DNA from: Vicugna vicugna
Lineage: Eukaryota
Reading direction: 5' to 3'
Length of the DNA stretch: 64,000 bases
Assembly: GCA_013265495.1 (NCBI GenBank)
Contig: MU061814.1
Location: 5,087,684 to 5,151,683, forward strand
Shown here: positions 31,323 through 43,193 of the stretch, piece by piece
How positions within the stretch are numbered: the stretch's first letter is position 1
Layout of the letters: each line of letters opens with the position of its first letter
Translations under genes and position numbers: made by a program
Notes under the pieces: model-generated
What the model was told of the DNA's origin: nothing
The model's input: the letters and a program-made list of their open reading frames with translations, nothing else
Database searches by the model: none

Positions 31323-34300
31323 GGGCCCCCCCCCCCCCCCGCTGCTGGAGAAGCCAGGGAGCTGCTTCCTCAAAGATGGAACACAGCATCCCCAGGGCTC
31401 CCGCTCCCAGGCTCCCAGCGCGCGAACCCTGCTGTCTGTGGCAGCATTGTCCGTAACAGCCGAAGGGCGGAAGCAGCTCAGCAGTCTGTCAGCGGGTGAA
31501 GGGTTGAGCCAGCACACAGTGGCGTGTTAGCTGAAAAGAGGCTCGCCGCCCGCACCTGCCACAACACGCGCAAGCCTGGGCGGCGGGCTCTCTGCAGAGG
31601 CTGCGGGGACCAGGAGCCAGCAGCTCGGGCTGCACCTGGGCCGCTGGCCTCCCAGGTATGGAGGGGCAGGTCACAGACGCGTTCGGGCGCAGCTCAGGCG
31701 GGAGCGGTGCCCGGCGGTGGAGACGTGGAGGCGCCCGTGGCGCTGCTCTCCCGCTGGCCCTGGGCTTTCTGTGAGCACCACGGAGGCAGAGGCCTGTGTT
31801 TAGGGCCACGGTGAACCCAAGACACCCAGCCCTAAGCAGGAGACTGACTCCGCCTGGAGCGAGACACACCACAGGCCCCGCCCACCCTGCCTCTGCCTAG
31901 GGCCCTGGGCCCCGGGGTCACATGCAGCTCAGCCTGTAGGCTCCTGCCTCGGAGGCCTGAGGGTGAAGCCCGCTCGGGCACCAGGCCTCACCCCGGCCCG
32001 CCCCACACTGGGGGTTTCCCCAGGGTCCCCAGTGTTTCAGATACAAGTGACACCCCAACCACTTCCACCTACTTCACCCCAATTTCTTAACAAGAGGCCT
32101 TGAAAATACAGAAGTGTTCGGGGCACCACCCGTGCTGTGCCCAGTCCTCACCCGGCCTGTCCCTGCAGCTCTGCTCTGGCTGGAAGGGAAGACGGGGTGG
32201 GCCAGCTGAGGTGGGGATCCCCTCCAGGATCCCTGCTGGGGCCTCCCCTCTGCCCTGTGGAAAAGCAGGGGTGGTGGGTGGGCTGAGATCCAGGTCTCTG
32301 TTTGCCTGAGTTTCAACGTTTACAAAACATTTGTCCCTTGGCTCTCCTGGGGAAATATTTCCTAGAGGAATGTAAACACACAAGACTGGACGGTTCGCCG
32401 TTGGGGGTTGGTGGGAGGGTCTCCTGGGAGCCATCTCCTTCTCGAAGGGGGTCTGGCGGTCTGAGCCTGGTCCTCTAGGAAGTGGTACTGAGGGAGGCGG
32501 AGGCCCGGAGCTGAGAGCCGCCCCTCTCTTGGAGCCCAGCCTCCTGCTGCCTCTCGCCTCCAGGCTTGCTCTGTGGCCTCAGGTTGGAGGCACAACCTCT
32601 CTGGACCCCTGAGCTGAAGGGGCTGATGGTGACTTCCTGCCTCGTCCCCGGCCCCAGCACCGCAGCGCCACTGTGCCTCCCGGGGCCACATGCCCAGTGG
32701 GTCTTTAAGGAGCTGCTGTTTCTGGTGCCTTGTGCCCAGCGCTGGGCAGGCCCCTCACCTGATGTTCACAAAAGCCCAGCTTACAGACTGGAGACTGGGG
32801 ATCAGAAAGGCCGTGTGGACTCCTCTGTCCCCAGCACTATGACCCCGAGGTGACACGGCCCCACCAGCCAGGGGTCTTCAGGGGTCAGGAGGTTCTGCCT
32901 GCTGCCCGCGCCGGGCTGGTAAGTCCAGACCTTATCTGCAGGGTGCTCATTCCCCCTCCTGACAGGTTACTCCTGGCTGGACGTGCGCCCACATGCTTGC
33001 TCTCCCGCGATGGCTGACCCTGAGCGTCCTCAGCAAGGCCCTGTGGCCCCAGCCTTGGGCAGCTGAGTGGGGCAGAGTCCGCACAAAGGTTATCTGGGTC
33101 CCGCAGGAGGCTGGCGCAGGCTGCCTTCAGGGCCTCCCCGTATCTCCACCAGGAATGCACCAAGACCCCAGCCCCTGCCCACCTCCAGGGGGAGGAATGT
33201 GGCAGCGGCTCCTGGGAGCTAGGAGCCTGGGAGGGGGGTGGTGAGGAGGCCTCGGCCTTCTGGAATTCCGCAGGCCTGGCACCAGATCCCTGCCTGCTCT
33301 CCCTCCCCCACCGCAGAGCCAGCGCCTGGTCCTCCTCTTCTCTGGCTGCCGGGGCACTGGGATGACCAGCATGAAGGGACGGACCTTCCAGGCCTGCGCG
33401 ACAACGTCTCCTCCTCGGAGAGGCCTTCCCTGACCACCCGACCCACAGCCCCTTCAGATGGGCCATCGCCCTTCAAAGCTCTGGACCGACGCAGTCAGCA
33501 TTCTGGGCGGATGTCTCCCTGCGGGGCTGGCTTGGGCACTGAGGGGCGCCAACCAGCACCCCTGGTCTCCACCCTCTAGTGGCCAGTAGCGCCCTCTTCT
33601 CCCCTGTCATGACAGCCAGTGCTGCCATGTGTCCTGAGGGAACCCACCTGGATTCAACCCACTACCCCAGACCTTCCCGAGATGAGATGCTGATTGGCTT
33701 ATTGCCCTGGCCAGGAGCTCCCTGGGGTCGGGCATCAGGGGTCCTGCACACCTTGGGGCCTGATGCCCACCGGGGCCCAGGATGGCCTCTGGCCCCACAC
33801 AGCCACCTGCCCGAGGTCATAGCAAATGGGGGGCAATGGCATCTCCTGGCTGGGCCCTGCCGTACATCCCGGGGCCTCAGAGTCCCAGAGCGCCTGCAGA
33901 GCTGGGCGCTGGGGGGCGGGGGAGGAGCTGGGGGCCAGGTTGCACCGACAAGCCCGGGCCAGGCCCACCCCCGGGGGCGGGAATTTGGATTCCAATCGCT
34001 TTCCAGGCCAGACCAACCTCTGCCTCTGGGCAGGTTTCTGCAGCTGCCTGGTGCGTGGAGGCTGCCCGAGAGCAGGCCCTGTCACCACCCAGCACCCGAG
34101 GTCCCTCCCTAGTTCCTCCCAGGCTCCACGCTGGCGTCCCCGGGCACAGAGAGGAGACGGGGGTTTCCGAACGTGTCCACGACTGAAATCCCACCGTGAA
34201 CCCTCCGAGGGGCTCAGCACGGGGTGGGGGCGCCTCTCCTCCCACACAGGGCCCCTCCTGCACTGTGTCTCCCTCTCTACCCAGAGCCCAGGGCTGGGCT

Positions 34301-35439
34301 CAGACCCCGCCCTGCGCCCCGACTCCCCTGGGAGCCACTTCCTCTCCCTTGGCATCAGTTTCCCGCCCTGTAAAGAGACTTGTAACTGGACTGCCCCACG
34401 TTGCCATGGGGCCTCCGTGGGGCCTGGGCCAGGCCGGGCCAGTGGTCAGGACACTCCCGAGGGGGCAGCAACCTTCAGGCCCAGCTCCCAGGCAGGAAGA
34501 GCGAGCCCGCTGAGGAAGAACCCGCTGGCAACTCTGTGGTTCCCTGCATGCGGCCGCGTGGCGGCAGGCGCTGGGGTGCCCGGTCCTGCGTGGGTCTGTG
34601 GCTCGCTGATTCACACCTGCCGCCTGCTCCTCCACGGGCAGAAAGAGCGGGTCCAAGGGCGACTCCCGGACAGACAGGCCGGCAGACCAGCGAGAACAGA
34701 GCAGAGGGGAGGCGGGGAGGGCGGCCTTCCCCTGCTGGGGCCTGGACCTGGGTCTGGCCCCGGGTGCAGACAAGATGCAGCCTTTGCTCAGGCCCCTGGC
34801 TGCCCTCCACCTGATGGGCCCTCACCACATCCAGGGGGACTGGGAACAGCTTCAACTTCCTGATGCAGAAACAGAGGTGCAGACAGGAGGGGGCCTGGGC
34901 CGGGGGTCGGCCCTGGAAACCGGGCCTGTCCCGCCCCGAGGCCTGTACCTCCACGGACTGTGTGGCCCTGCCTGGACATGGAGGGGCCTGGGTCGGAGGT
35001 CAGCCTGGGGACCGGCCCTAGGGTGTGCTGCTAGCGGGCCTGGCCCGGGGAGACGGGGCCCGCTGCCTGTGCCCTACAGCTTCTGCCTTTGGACCTGAAG
35101 CTCCACCCGGTTCGGCTGAATGTCCTGGCCTCTGGCCAGCGTGGTGAGCCCTCACTGTGTGCACTGGGACGGGACAGCTGGACGCTGTGTGCCTGGGGCG
35201 GAAGTGCCTCCTTTCCTGCCACTCGGCTCAGTCCTTGCCGCCAGGCCCCACGGGAGGGGTGGGGCCGGGAGACGGAAAGCTCTTGGGTGCGTCCAGCCCC
35301 ACAGTCCTCTCTGCTGGGTGCCAGCTGGCCGTCCACCTGGACTTGGGGCACAGGCCAGGCCTGGAGTGCCTTCACCTGGAACCGGGGCCGGGGCCCACAA
35401 GAGCCTCCCGGGAGCCAGGCGGGGAAGGGGCCGCCCTGC

Positions 35440-35590
35440 CCGCCAGGGTGAGTGCGGATGGAAAACCCTGCAGGTGAAACTCCACGGTTTGCGCTCCTTG
35501 TTGCGTGTCGGTTATACCTCAGTGAAAAAATCTAGTACAGGAAAACAAATAAAATTAAGTGACAAAATAAAGTAAAATAGAACAGGACAT
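35440..35590 (+). mobile_element. Possible L1M 3'-end remnant
   Basis: gttatacctcagtgaaaaaa followed by an A-rich tail resembles the L1M terminus. Confidence 0.35.
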
Positions 35591-37209
35591 GACGCTGGCC
35601 AGATGCCCACAGACTCCCTGTGACTGTGGCAGCTGTGAGTGACACCCAAGGCTCTCCCTACACCCCAGGTCATAAGGCCTGACCCGGTGTCGGGGCTGCA
35701 TGCTCGCTGTGACGTGCCCTGAGCCCCACGGACCCCTGAGGCCAGAGGACGGTCTGGGGACTCGGCGGAGGCTCCCTGAGGCCCTCATGCTCCCTGCCCC
35801 CCAGGAGCCTGTCTGAGGCTGGGACTCTGAGAACGGAGGGCAGGCAGGCGGGGCCGGTGGCCACAGCTCCTGCCCGGGGCTGCCCAGGGAGAAGCTTGTC
35901 CCTTGGCCCTGACCTGCGGCTCACCCTGGGCCTGCGCCCAGGCCCGGAAGGAGGGCTTCCTGGTTTTGGGGCTGGTTCCCTTCCACACACAATGCGTTTC
36001 AGGCTGACCTGGCCCCACCTGGCCCAGAAACAGCAGCTCTGGGGGCACGGGGGCCCTCCCGGAAGGTGCCTCAGCACACATCGGAGAGCCTCGACTACCT
36101 ATCTGTGAGGTGGCCCACGGGCGGTGCTGGGGAATGGGCAGGGGATGCGGCACCCAGGCCCAACCTACGCCACTGCCACCGTCACCTGCCTGGGCAACCT
36201 GAACGAGGACCTGTGTGACATGGGCGGTTATGGTGCAGCGGCCGGAGTCACCTGCCCAGGATTCAGATCTACAGCTGTGGGATGGAGGTGACACATGACC
36301 ACAACGGTGATGGTGAGGGTGGTAGCGACACTGATGGCGACGGTGGTGATGGAGTGTTGATGGGGGTGCCGGTGGCAGAGGGAGAGTGAAAACTCAGCCT
36401 GTAACCCTGATGTGACGTTGGAAGTCACGGTCATCTAGAGCACCTGGGGTGGGGGTGGTGAGTGGGAACAGGTGCATGTTCTGAGGGAGACGTGGAGGCG
36501 CCCAGGGACCCTGCTGAACAGGTGCTGCTCTGAGCCCCTGGGAGCTGCCCTGGGATCTGCAAAAAGGGCTCAGCCTGACAGAGTCTGCAAGTACCACGTC
36601 CTCCTGTCCCCGACTCCCTTCAACCCACCAGCTTCTGGCCCTTCCCCAACCTGGAGACCCCACAGAAAGCTCAGTAAGCCGCTTGCCCCTTGGGTGAGGG
36701 GCCAGGTGCCTGAGGGAGGTGGCCAGCCCCTTCCCCCCCAGCAGAAAAGTAGGCAGGGAGCAGGCAGGTGAGACTCTGCCCTTGGGCCCCTGGCAGGGCT
36801 GCGTGTAGGGCCAGGTGCAGCTCTCGGGTGCCCCGTTGTGGCCGCTGGGGGCAGTACAGTCGGGATATGGGGACAATTCTCTCCAGGTTCCCGACATCTG
36901 GCAGCCTGGGGCTCCAGTCTGAGCAGCTGCCCCCAACCCCACCCCGACTTCAGATGCTGGAAGGTGCTGCTGATGCAAGGCCTACCTCAGGGAACACTTG
37001 CTCCTCTGCCTGTGGGATCTGGGACTTCGGACAGCAGGGTTTCTTGAAGAGGGGCTCATCCAGATTTCATGAGCTGGAGGGTGAAGCACCGAGTTTCCCT
37101 TCGAAGAACTTGCCTTGGGACCCTGCCCCAGGAGAGCGGAGACCGTGATGCCTTGTGTGTGCGCCTGGGTGAATGTGTCCAACAGCCTTAAAGAACATGA
37201 GGCTTTTTT

Positions 37210-38450
37210 TCAGTGATAGAGTACATCCTGACCATCTGTAAGTGTGCAGCTCAGTGGTGTTAAACTTTCATAGCGTTGTGCAGCCATCACCGCCACGCAT
37301 CTCCAGGACTTCCTCATCTTGTAAGACTGGAACCCTGTACCCACTGAACACTAACTCCCCATTCCTGCTCCCCCAGCCCAACCACCACCGTCCTACTTTC
37401 TATCTGAATCTGACTATTCTAGGTACCTCCTAGAAGCCGAACTTTACAGTATTCGCCTTTTTGTGGCTGGTTTATTTCACTTGGCATAATGTCCTCAAGG
37501 TTCGCCCCACATGCATGTGCCACAATCTCCTTTTTATAGATGAGTAATATTCCATCGGGTGTATAGGCCACATTTTGCTCACCCATTCATCCACCAAGAC
37601 ACTTGGGCTGCTTCCCTCCTGGCTATAGTGAATGCTGCTGCTGTGAGCGTGGTGTGCAAGTATTTCTTCAAGACACTGCTTTCAGTTAGCTCGGGTAAAC
37701 ACCCAGAAGTGGAATTGCTGGATCCTGCAGTAGCTGTACTTTTAATTATCTTGAGGAACCACCATACTGTTCTCCACAACAGGTGCACCATTTTATACTT
37801 CTACCAGCAGCGCACAAGGGTTCCTCATCATGTTTTTGTTTGTTAGAATTATAGTAGCCATCCTGATGGGTGTGTGGTGTCTCCAAGTTTTGATTTGCAT
37901 ATCCCTGATTTGTGGACGATAAGCATCTTTAAATGCGCTTTTTGGCCATTTGTGTATCTCCTGTAGCGACATGTCTCTTAGCGTCTTTTGCTCACTTTCA
38001 AATTAGGGTTTTTTTGTTGTTTAGTTTTAAGAGTTCTATGATTTATAAATATTTTCTCCCACTCTGTGGGTTGTCTTTTTACTGTTGATGGTGTCTTTTT
38101 GACACACACATTTAAAATTTTCTTTTAAGTCCAACCTGTCTTTTTTGTTATTGTCTGTGCCTTTGGTCTCACGTGCAAGAAATCACTGCCAAAGCCGATG
38201 TCATGAACGTTGTGCCCTGTTTTCTTCTCAGTTTTATAGTTTTTGGTTTTACATTCATGTCCTTGATCTATTTTGAATTAATTTTCACACGGTGTGAAGT
38301 GACGGTCCAGTTCATTCTTTTACGTGTGGGTTTCTAGGTTGCCCAGCACATTTGTTGACATGATAGCCCTTCCCCCTTAAATGGACTTGGCACCCTTGCC
38401 AAAAATCATTTGGCCACATACAAAAGGGGTTTTGTCCATACTACTTACTC
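37210..38450 (-). mobile_element. L1M (L1MA/MB-like) 3' fragment: ORF2 end + 3' UTR
   Basis: T-rich 1.2-kb block with L1 antisense phrases (tttatttcacttggcataatgtcctcaaggttc; gaggaaccaccatactgttctccacaacaggtgcacc; tagtagccatcctgatgggtgtgtggtg). Confidence 0.9.
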
Positions 38451-39727
38451 TGGTGAATAAGGAAGACTCTCAAAGATCTCCCCACACTGCCTCTCCTTTC
38501 TGGTGCTATCTCGTCTCTTGTCTTCCAACTACAGATCTCTTGGTCAGCAGGCCTAGCTGGGCTGACCCACACGCAGACACAGACAGGAAGGCCAGCTGTG
38601 CAGACCCCCAACCACAAACAGAAACACGCAGCGTCCCTGCACGTGCTGGGGGCCCTGGAGAGCACACACCTTTCAGGGATGGCATGAACACTGAGAGTCC
38701 TAACTGCCACCCGACAGGGACCTGAGTGGGGAAGCGATGTGGGAGCTGAGGCTTGGAGGCTGGAGAGGGCTTGCCAAGCAAAGGGCCGTCTGTATGTCAG
38801 AGGCCACTGCCGGGCTCGGCCACGGGCAGCAGGGGCAGGCAGGAGTCCACCCCAAGGGGCCTCGTGCCTCATCTGTGAGATGAAGTCCCAAAGGATGTTT
38901 TAGCCAAGAGACTGTGGGCACACTCCCAGGAACATGGGCAGGGGGACGCGGGGAAATTGGCTCTGCAGTCTGGGGTTTTTCTGTTTTCTTCCTTAACAGA
39001 CCCCTGCCACCAGCAACGGGCCTGGCTGGGCTCCTCTCGTCACTGCTGCTCTGCGGAGGAATGGAGTGGGGGTGAGTGGGAGGAGGGGCTGCGGTGGGAG
39101 TGGGTTTTGGGGAAAGGGCGGAGGGTGCGGGGCAAGGGCTGTGGGGGCGTCTGACCGGGTTCTGCCACTCAGCTTGGCCAGGCTCCCTCCCTGCTCAGGC
39201 CTCGGCTTCTGTATCCTAGGAGGGCGCCCCCCACCCGAGCCCTGCCGTCCTCTCTCCCTTGCCTGGGGCTTCGTCCCGGCCACCCTCAAGACCCCACGGG
39301 CTCTCCGCGCCCGCTGCTCTTCTGCCCCTCGTGTGTCCATCTTCGCGTTGCCTCGCCCGTCCCCGGGGGAGCGTTCCCCGGCGTGGCCCGCACCTCCCAC
39401 GTTCACATGAACACGGTCCTGCGGGGCGGCCGTGGGCACCAGCTGGGCCCGGCGGCGGGAAGCGTGCACTCCGGGTGAAGCCCACTACGGCGGGGACACG
39501 CCCGCCGGCACGCCGACCGGCCCTCGCGACCCAGGCTGTGGCCACACCGGCGCTTCCGGACTCCGACACAGCTTCGCGGACGCCCGAGGCTTCCCGCCCC
39601 GGAAACGGAAGTGCGTCACGGGCAGGCCGCGCTCCCTGCGCAGACTCGCCGCGGCGTGCGGGACCCGGAAGTACTCGCAGAGGTCCCGCCTCGCCAGCCA
39701 ATAGAGCTGCCGGGGAAAGCGGAGCTT

Positions 39728-39762
39728 CCTTTCTGCGCTCGCGCTCATCCTGCTGCCATCAG
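39728..39762 (+). promoter_or_regulatory. RPS21: RPS21 TCT initiator / 5'TOP and non-coding exon 1
   Basis: CCTTTCT (39728-39734) matches the YC(+1)TYTYY TCT motif; exon ends AG|GTA just before an N gap. Confidence 0.8.
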
Positions 39763-39765
39763 GTA

Positions 39766-39890
39766 NNNNNNNNNNNNNNNNNNNNNNNNNNNNNNNNNNN
39801 NNNNNNNNNNNNNNNNNNNNNNNNNNNNNNNNNNNNNNNNNNNNNNNNNNNNNNNNNNNNNNNNNNNNNNNNNNNNNNNNNNNNNNNNNN
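39766..39890. other. Assembly gap (125 N) in RPS21 intron 1
   Basis: N run. Confidence 0.99.
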
Positions 39891-40075
39891 CTGGAGACCG
39901 CGTGGGGGTGGGAGGCGGGGTCTGGGCTGGAGACCGCGCGGCCGGGGTCGGGGCTTAGCCGGGAGGGACGTAAGCGCGCGGGGTCGGGTCGGGCCGGGCC
40001 GGTCGGTCGGGGCGGGGGGGCTCGCCGACACGGCCGGTCCTCACGGCGCCGCGCTTGGTCCCGCAGGCCGCAGTC

Positions 40076-40973
40076 ATGCAGAACGACGCCGGCGAGTTCG
40101 TGGACCTGTACGTGCCCCGGAAATGGTGAGCGCCCCGCACCGTCCCGCTCCGGCCCCTCCACCCTCCCTCTGCCCGGCCCTCTCCCCGCTCACTGCGCTT
40201 CCCCCGCAGCTCCGCCAGCAATCGCATCATCGGCGCCAAGGACCACGCGTCCATCCAGATGAACGTGGCCGAGGTGAGCCGGGCGGCGGGAGGGCCTGCC
40301 GGCTGGGGAGGGGGCGGGTCTGTGCCGGCCTGAGCGTTGATTCCCAAACCCCAGATTTAGATCTAAAGGCACTTGGGTGCGCCTCCTTGTGACCCTCATT
40401 CTCAATTTATAGGTCGACAAGGTGACAGGAAGGTTCAACGGTCAGTTTAAAACCTATGCTATCTGTGGGGCCATTCGCAGGATGGTGAGTGTCCTCGGCC
40501 TTGCCCACCTGGGGGGGCCTTTGAGCAGGAATGGCATCTCCCTCCTTGTCCTCAGGCCTGAGCAGGTTTGTTGGCAGAATAGACTCGAGCCTGTTGGACT
40601 GGACTCTGCGGTCCTTTCATGGTGGTGGAAAAGGGGTGCTGAGGGCCCAAGGAAGGGCCCCCCTGAGAAAGCACTCAGGCAGGCCTTGACCTTGGAGCTT
40701 CCCAGTTAGCATAGGCTCTCTCAGGTCCCCAGGGCCTCCCCTGCACAGTCAGGTGTCTGCCCACTGCTAGGGTGTCCTCACTTGAGCCAGCTGTGGAGAT
40801 GGCCCCAGTGTGCTTTTTTCCCTCTAGGGCGAGTCAGATGACTCCATTCTCCGACTGGCCAAGGCCGACGGCATCGTCTCAAAGTAAGAGAGCTGGAGTT
40901 TGGGCAGAGGTCTGGGACGTCTCTAGAAATCAGGTTTTAACATTGTCCTTCCTTTTGTTCTAGGAATTTCTGA
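40076..40973 (+). CDS. RPS21: 40S ribosomal protein S21 (eS21), 83 aa; coding segments 40076-40125, 40210-40273, 40413-40484, 40828-40883, 40964-40973
   Basis: Spliced 252 nt: [83 protein letters not shown]; all introns GT-AG. Confidence 0.99.
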
Positions 40974-41010
40974 GACTGGAGAGGATCATGGATGTGGGAT
41001 GTTTGTTATA

Positions 41011-41016
41011 AATAAA
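41011..41016 (+). terminator. RPS21: RPS21 polyadenylation signal AATAAA
   Basis: 38 nt after the stop codon; followed by GU/U-rich sequence (cagtgttgtttcatcctgtg). Confidence 0.9.
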
Positions 41017-41099
41017 CAGTGAAAACCCATCAGTGTTGTTTCATCCTGTGCCTGTGTGGGGACACGCCTGTGGGCTCTGGAGGGGCCGGCATTTTGTTG

Positions 41100-43193
41100 T
41101 TAATGGTTCACCAGGGCTGATCAGCTGAAGGCCTAGGAAGCATGTTGCAAAACCAAATTTTACTTAAAGGACAAATACATCACTGTTTGCAAACTTCCGT
41201 GATACACAATTTGACATTGAGGTCCAACAGCCTGCTTAGAACATTTAAATCCACAGTGCCTGCTGGGGACTGAGGGGGTGGCACCAGGCCCTTGGACGTA
41301 GGGACAGCTGGGCTGGCTCTAGAGGAAGAGGGTTTAGGCTGAAGTTTGCCTTAAATACTGGCTTTGCTCGAGTACCACACGGTGGCAGCTCTTGCATTGT
41401 TAAAAATTACGCACTAAGGGGAAGGTTACAGGAGGGTTTGGTAAACGATTAAATGTCACTACATAAACATTCAAACTTAAATTACTGTATCAGCCGTTCC
41501 GTTTGTATAGAAATTCCCAAGGTGTGTCCCTCAAGGGTAAGTGTAAACCAGGACATACGTTTTGGAAGTCAGTCCCTTGCAGTGCTTCTAACAGGAGTGT
41601 CACTAAGACTTGAGACGCTGTGGTGGCAGGACAGGTCACTTTCCAGAAGAGTTGCCTGGGGCATAGCAGCTTCATCCTCCAGGCCCCCCTTGGTGCGCGT
41701 CGGGGTTTGGGGGGCCATCTTGGGGAGGCAGGGAAGAGGCACTCCTCAATAAGGGTGGGATACAGATTTGGGCTTCAAGCGCCACCCTACAGTCTCCCAG
41801 AAAGTGAGCGACTGAGGAAGGAGGAGCAGCAGCCAACAGGGTGGGAGTGGGTCTGCAGGTGGCCCCCTGCACCTCTACTGCGGTCTAGGCCAAGTTGCTG
41901 GTGGTTGAGTGCAGTGATGAGGGCTGGCATCTCCCTGCTGCAAAAGCACCAGTCTGCACGGATGGCATGTAGGGCGGGCTGTCCTGGGCCCCTCCAGTGA
42001 CAGGTTGATAGGACAGCAATGGGGAAGCAGCTTAACGGCCCAGCCAGCCAGCATGGTCCTTTCTTAGAGCAGCTGACCCATGAAGGGAGAAACTCCAGTC
42101 CTCGGACTTCGGTATTTCTGGTGGGGCCATGAGCGGAGAGGGCGCGGAGGAGCTGACGTGGGCACAGACCTGCCCTCGGGGTCTGCTTGGGGCAGGCTGC
42201 ACTGGCCAAGGCGCTGCTTCCTCCTGCCCTGGGGGAAGGCATGGGCACCAACCCCCTGGGGAGGCAGGGCTGTGAGGTTAGTCTCCCTGCTCGAGGGTCA
42301 AGTGTGGTTCAAGTCACAGCTTCGGCAGACTTCATTTAACCAGTTTTTGTTGCCTTAAAAAAAACCCACATCCTAAATGACAATAAACAAACTGTTTCCT
42401 CCATAATATTGCTTAGAAGATCAAGAGCCGGCAGTCCCATCGTCCTGAGGGCTCCCAGTGTCCCGGGCAACAGGGCTTTTCCTGGTGAGAGGCGAAGGGT
42501 GGACCCCGCCTGCGGTGGGCGAGGGTGTTGAGGGGTGTGACACAGGAGTTCACAGTGACGCGATCCTCAGACCAGGTCCAAGAGTAGAAGACGAGATCAA
42601 GCAAACCAGAGCCTGCCCTCGTGGCTGAGGCTGATGCCCGAGCTCTGCCTGTGGGCTGCGGGAGGTGAGTGGCCAAGCCCCAGGGGCTGGGCGGGACTGG
42701 GAGGCAGCCGGGCCGATGGGGCGGGGCTGGGGAGGCCACGTTCCACAGTGCAATTTCCACACCGACCGGAACCAGCCAAGACTGATGCTTCAGCAGGTGA
42801 ACTCAGCACTTCAGTGTGTTGAGGGAGATCTGGAGGTGCTCGTGCTGTGGCCACGGCAGCCTGCAGAAGGCCGGGGCACGCCCAGCAGGAAGGAGACGCT
42901 GCGAAGTCAGGATTCGCTGCCACGCGCCGCCAACCAAAGCTCTGGTGCCAGACGGTCTCGGGCACAGGGAGAAAAGACACAGTGACAGCCCCACGTTCCG
43001 CCCCTGGGAGATCACAGGAAGGTGCTCGAGAGCGAGCGGTGGCGCGTGTGCGCTGGGATGAGAGCGGAGTCCCCAGGAAGCAAGGCTGGGAAGGAGGAGC
43101 AGCACCAGCCAGGAAGGCCGGGCGTCCGCACCGCAGGGCCCAGAGCCGCCCCGGGCCCACGCGCGTGCTGCGGCGCCGAGGTGCCGGGCCAGG
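41100..43193 (-). other. CABLES2: CABLES2 3' UTR (about 2 kb; 3' end approximate)
   Basis: Follows TAG at 43194; no minus-strand AATAAA/ATTAAA seen by eye; variant AGTAAA at 41159-41164. Confidence 0.55.

Larger units (their letters stand above)
39240..40340. promoter_or_regulatory. RPS21: RPS21 CpG island / promoter with ETS-GABP sites and CCAAT
   Basis: CGGAAGT at 39606-39612 and CCGGAAGT at 39665-39672; CCAAT at 39698-39702; typical ribosomal-protein promoter. Confidence 0.88.

Noticed and set aside
31227-31340. Apparent direct repeat GGGC(C)n on both sides of a gap
   Set aside because: Most likely one poly-C tract represented twice at contig ends (assembly artefact).
33826-34863. 345-aa intergenic ORF
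   Set aside because: No domain-like pattern; several equally long overlapping frames indicate compositional origin.
39259-40392. 377-aa ORF across the RPS21 promoter
   Set aside because: Runs through the CpG island, an N gap and introns in a non-RPS21 frame.
40485-40827. Intronic snoRNA in RPS21 intron 4
   Set aside because: No C box (RUGAUGA)/D box pair with a terminal stem, and no H/ACA structure recognised by eye.
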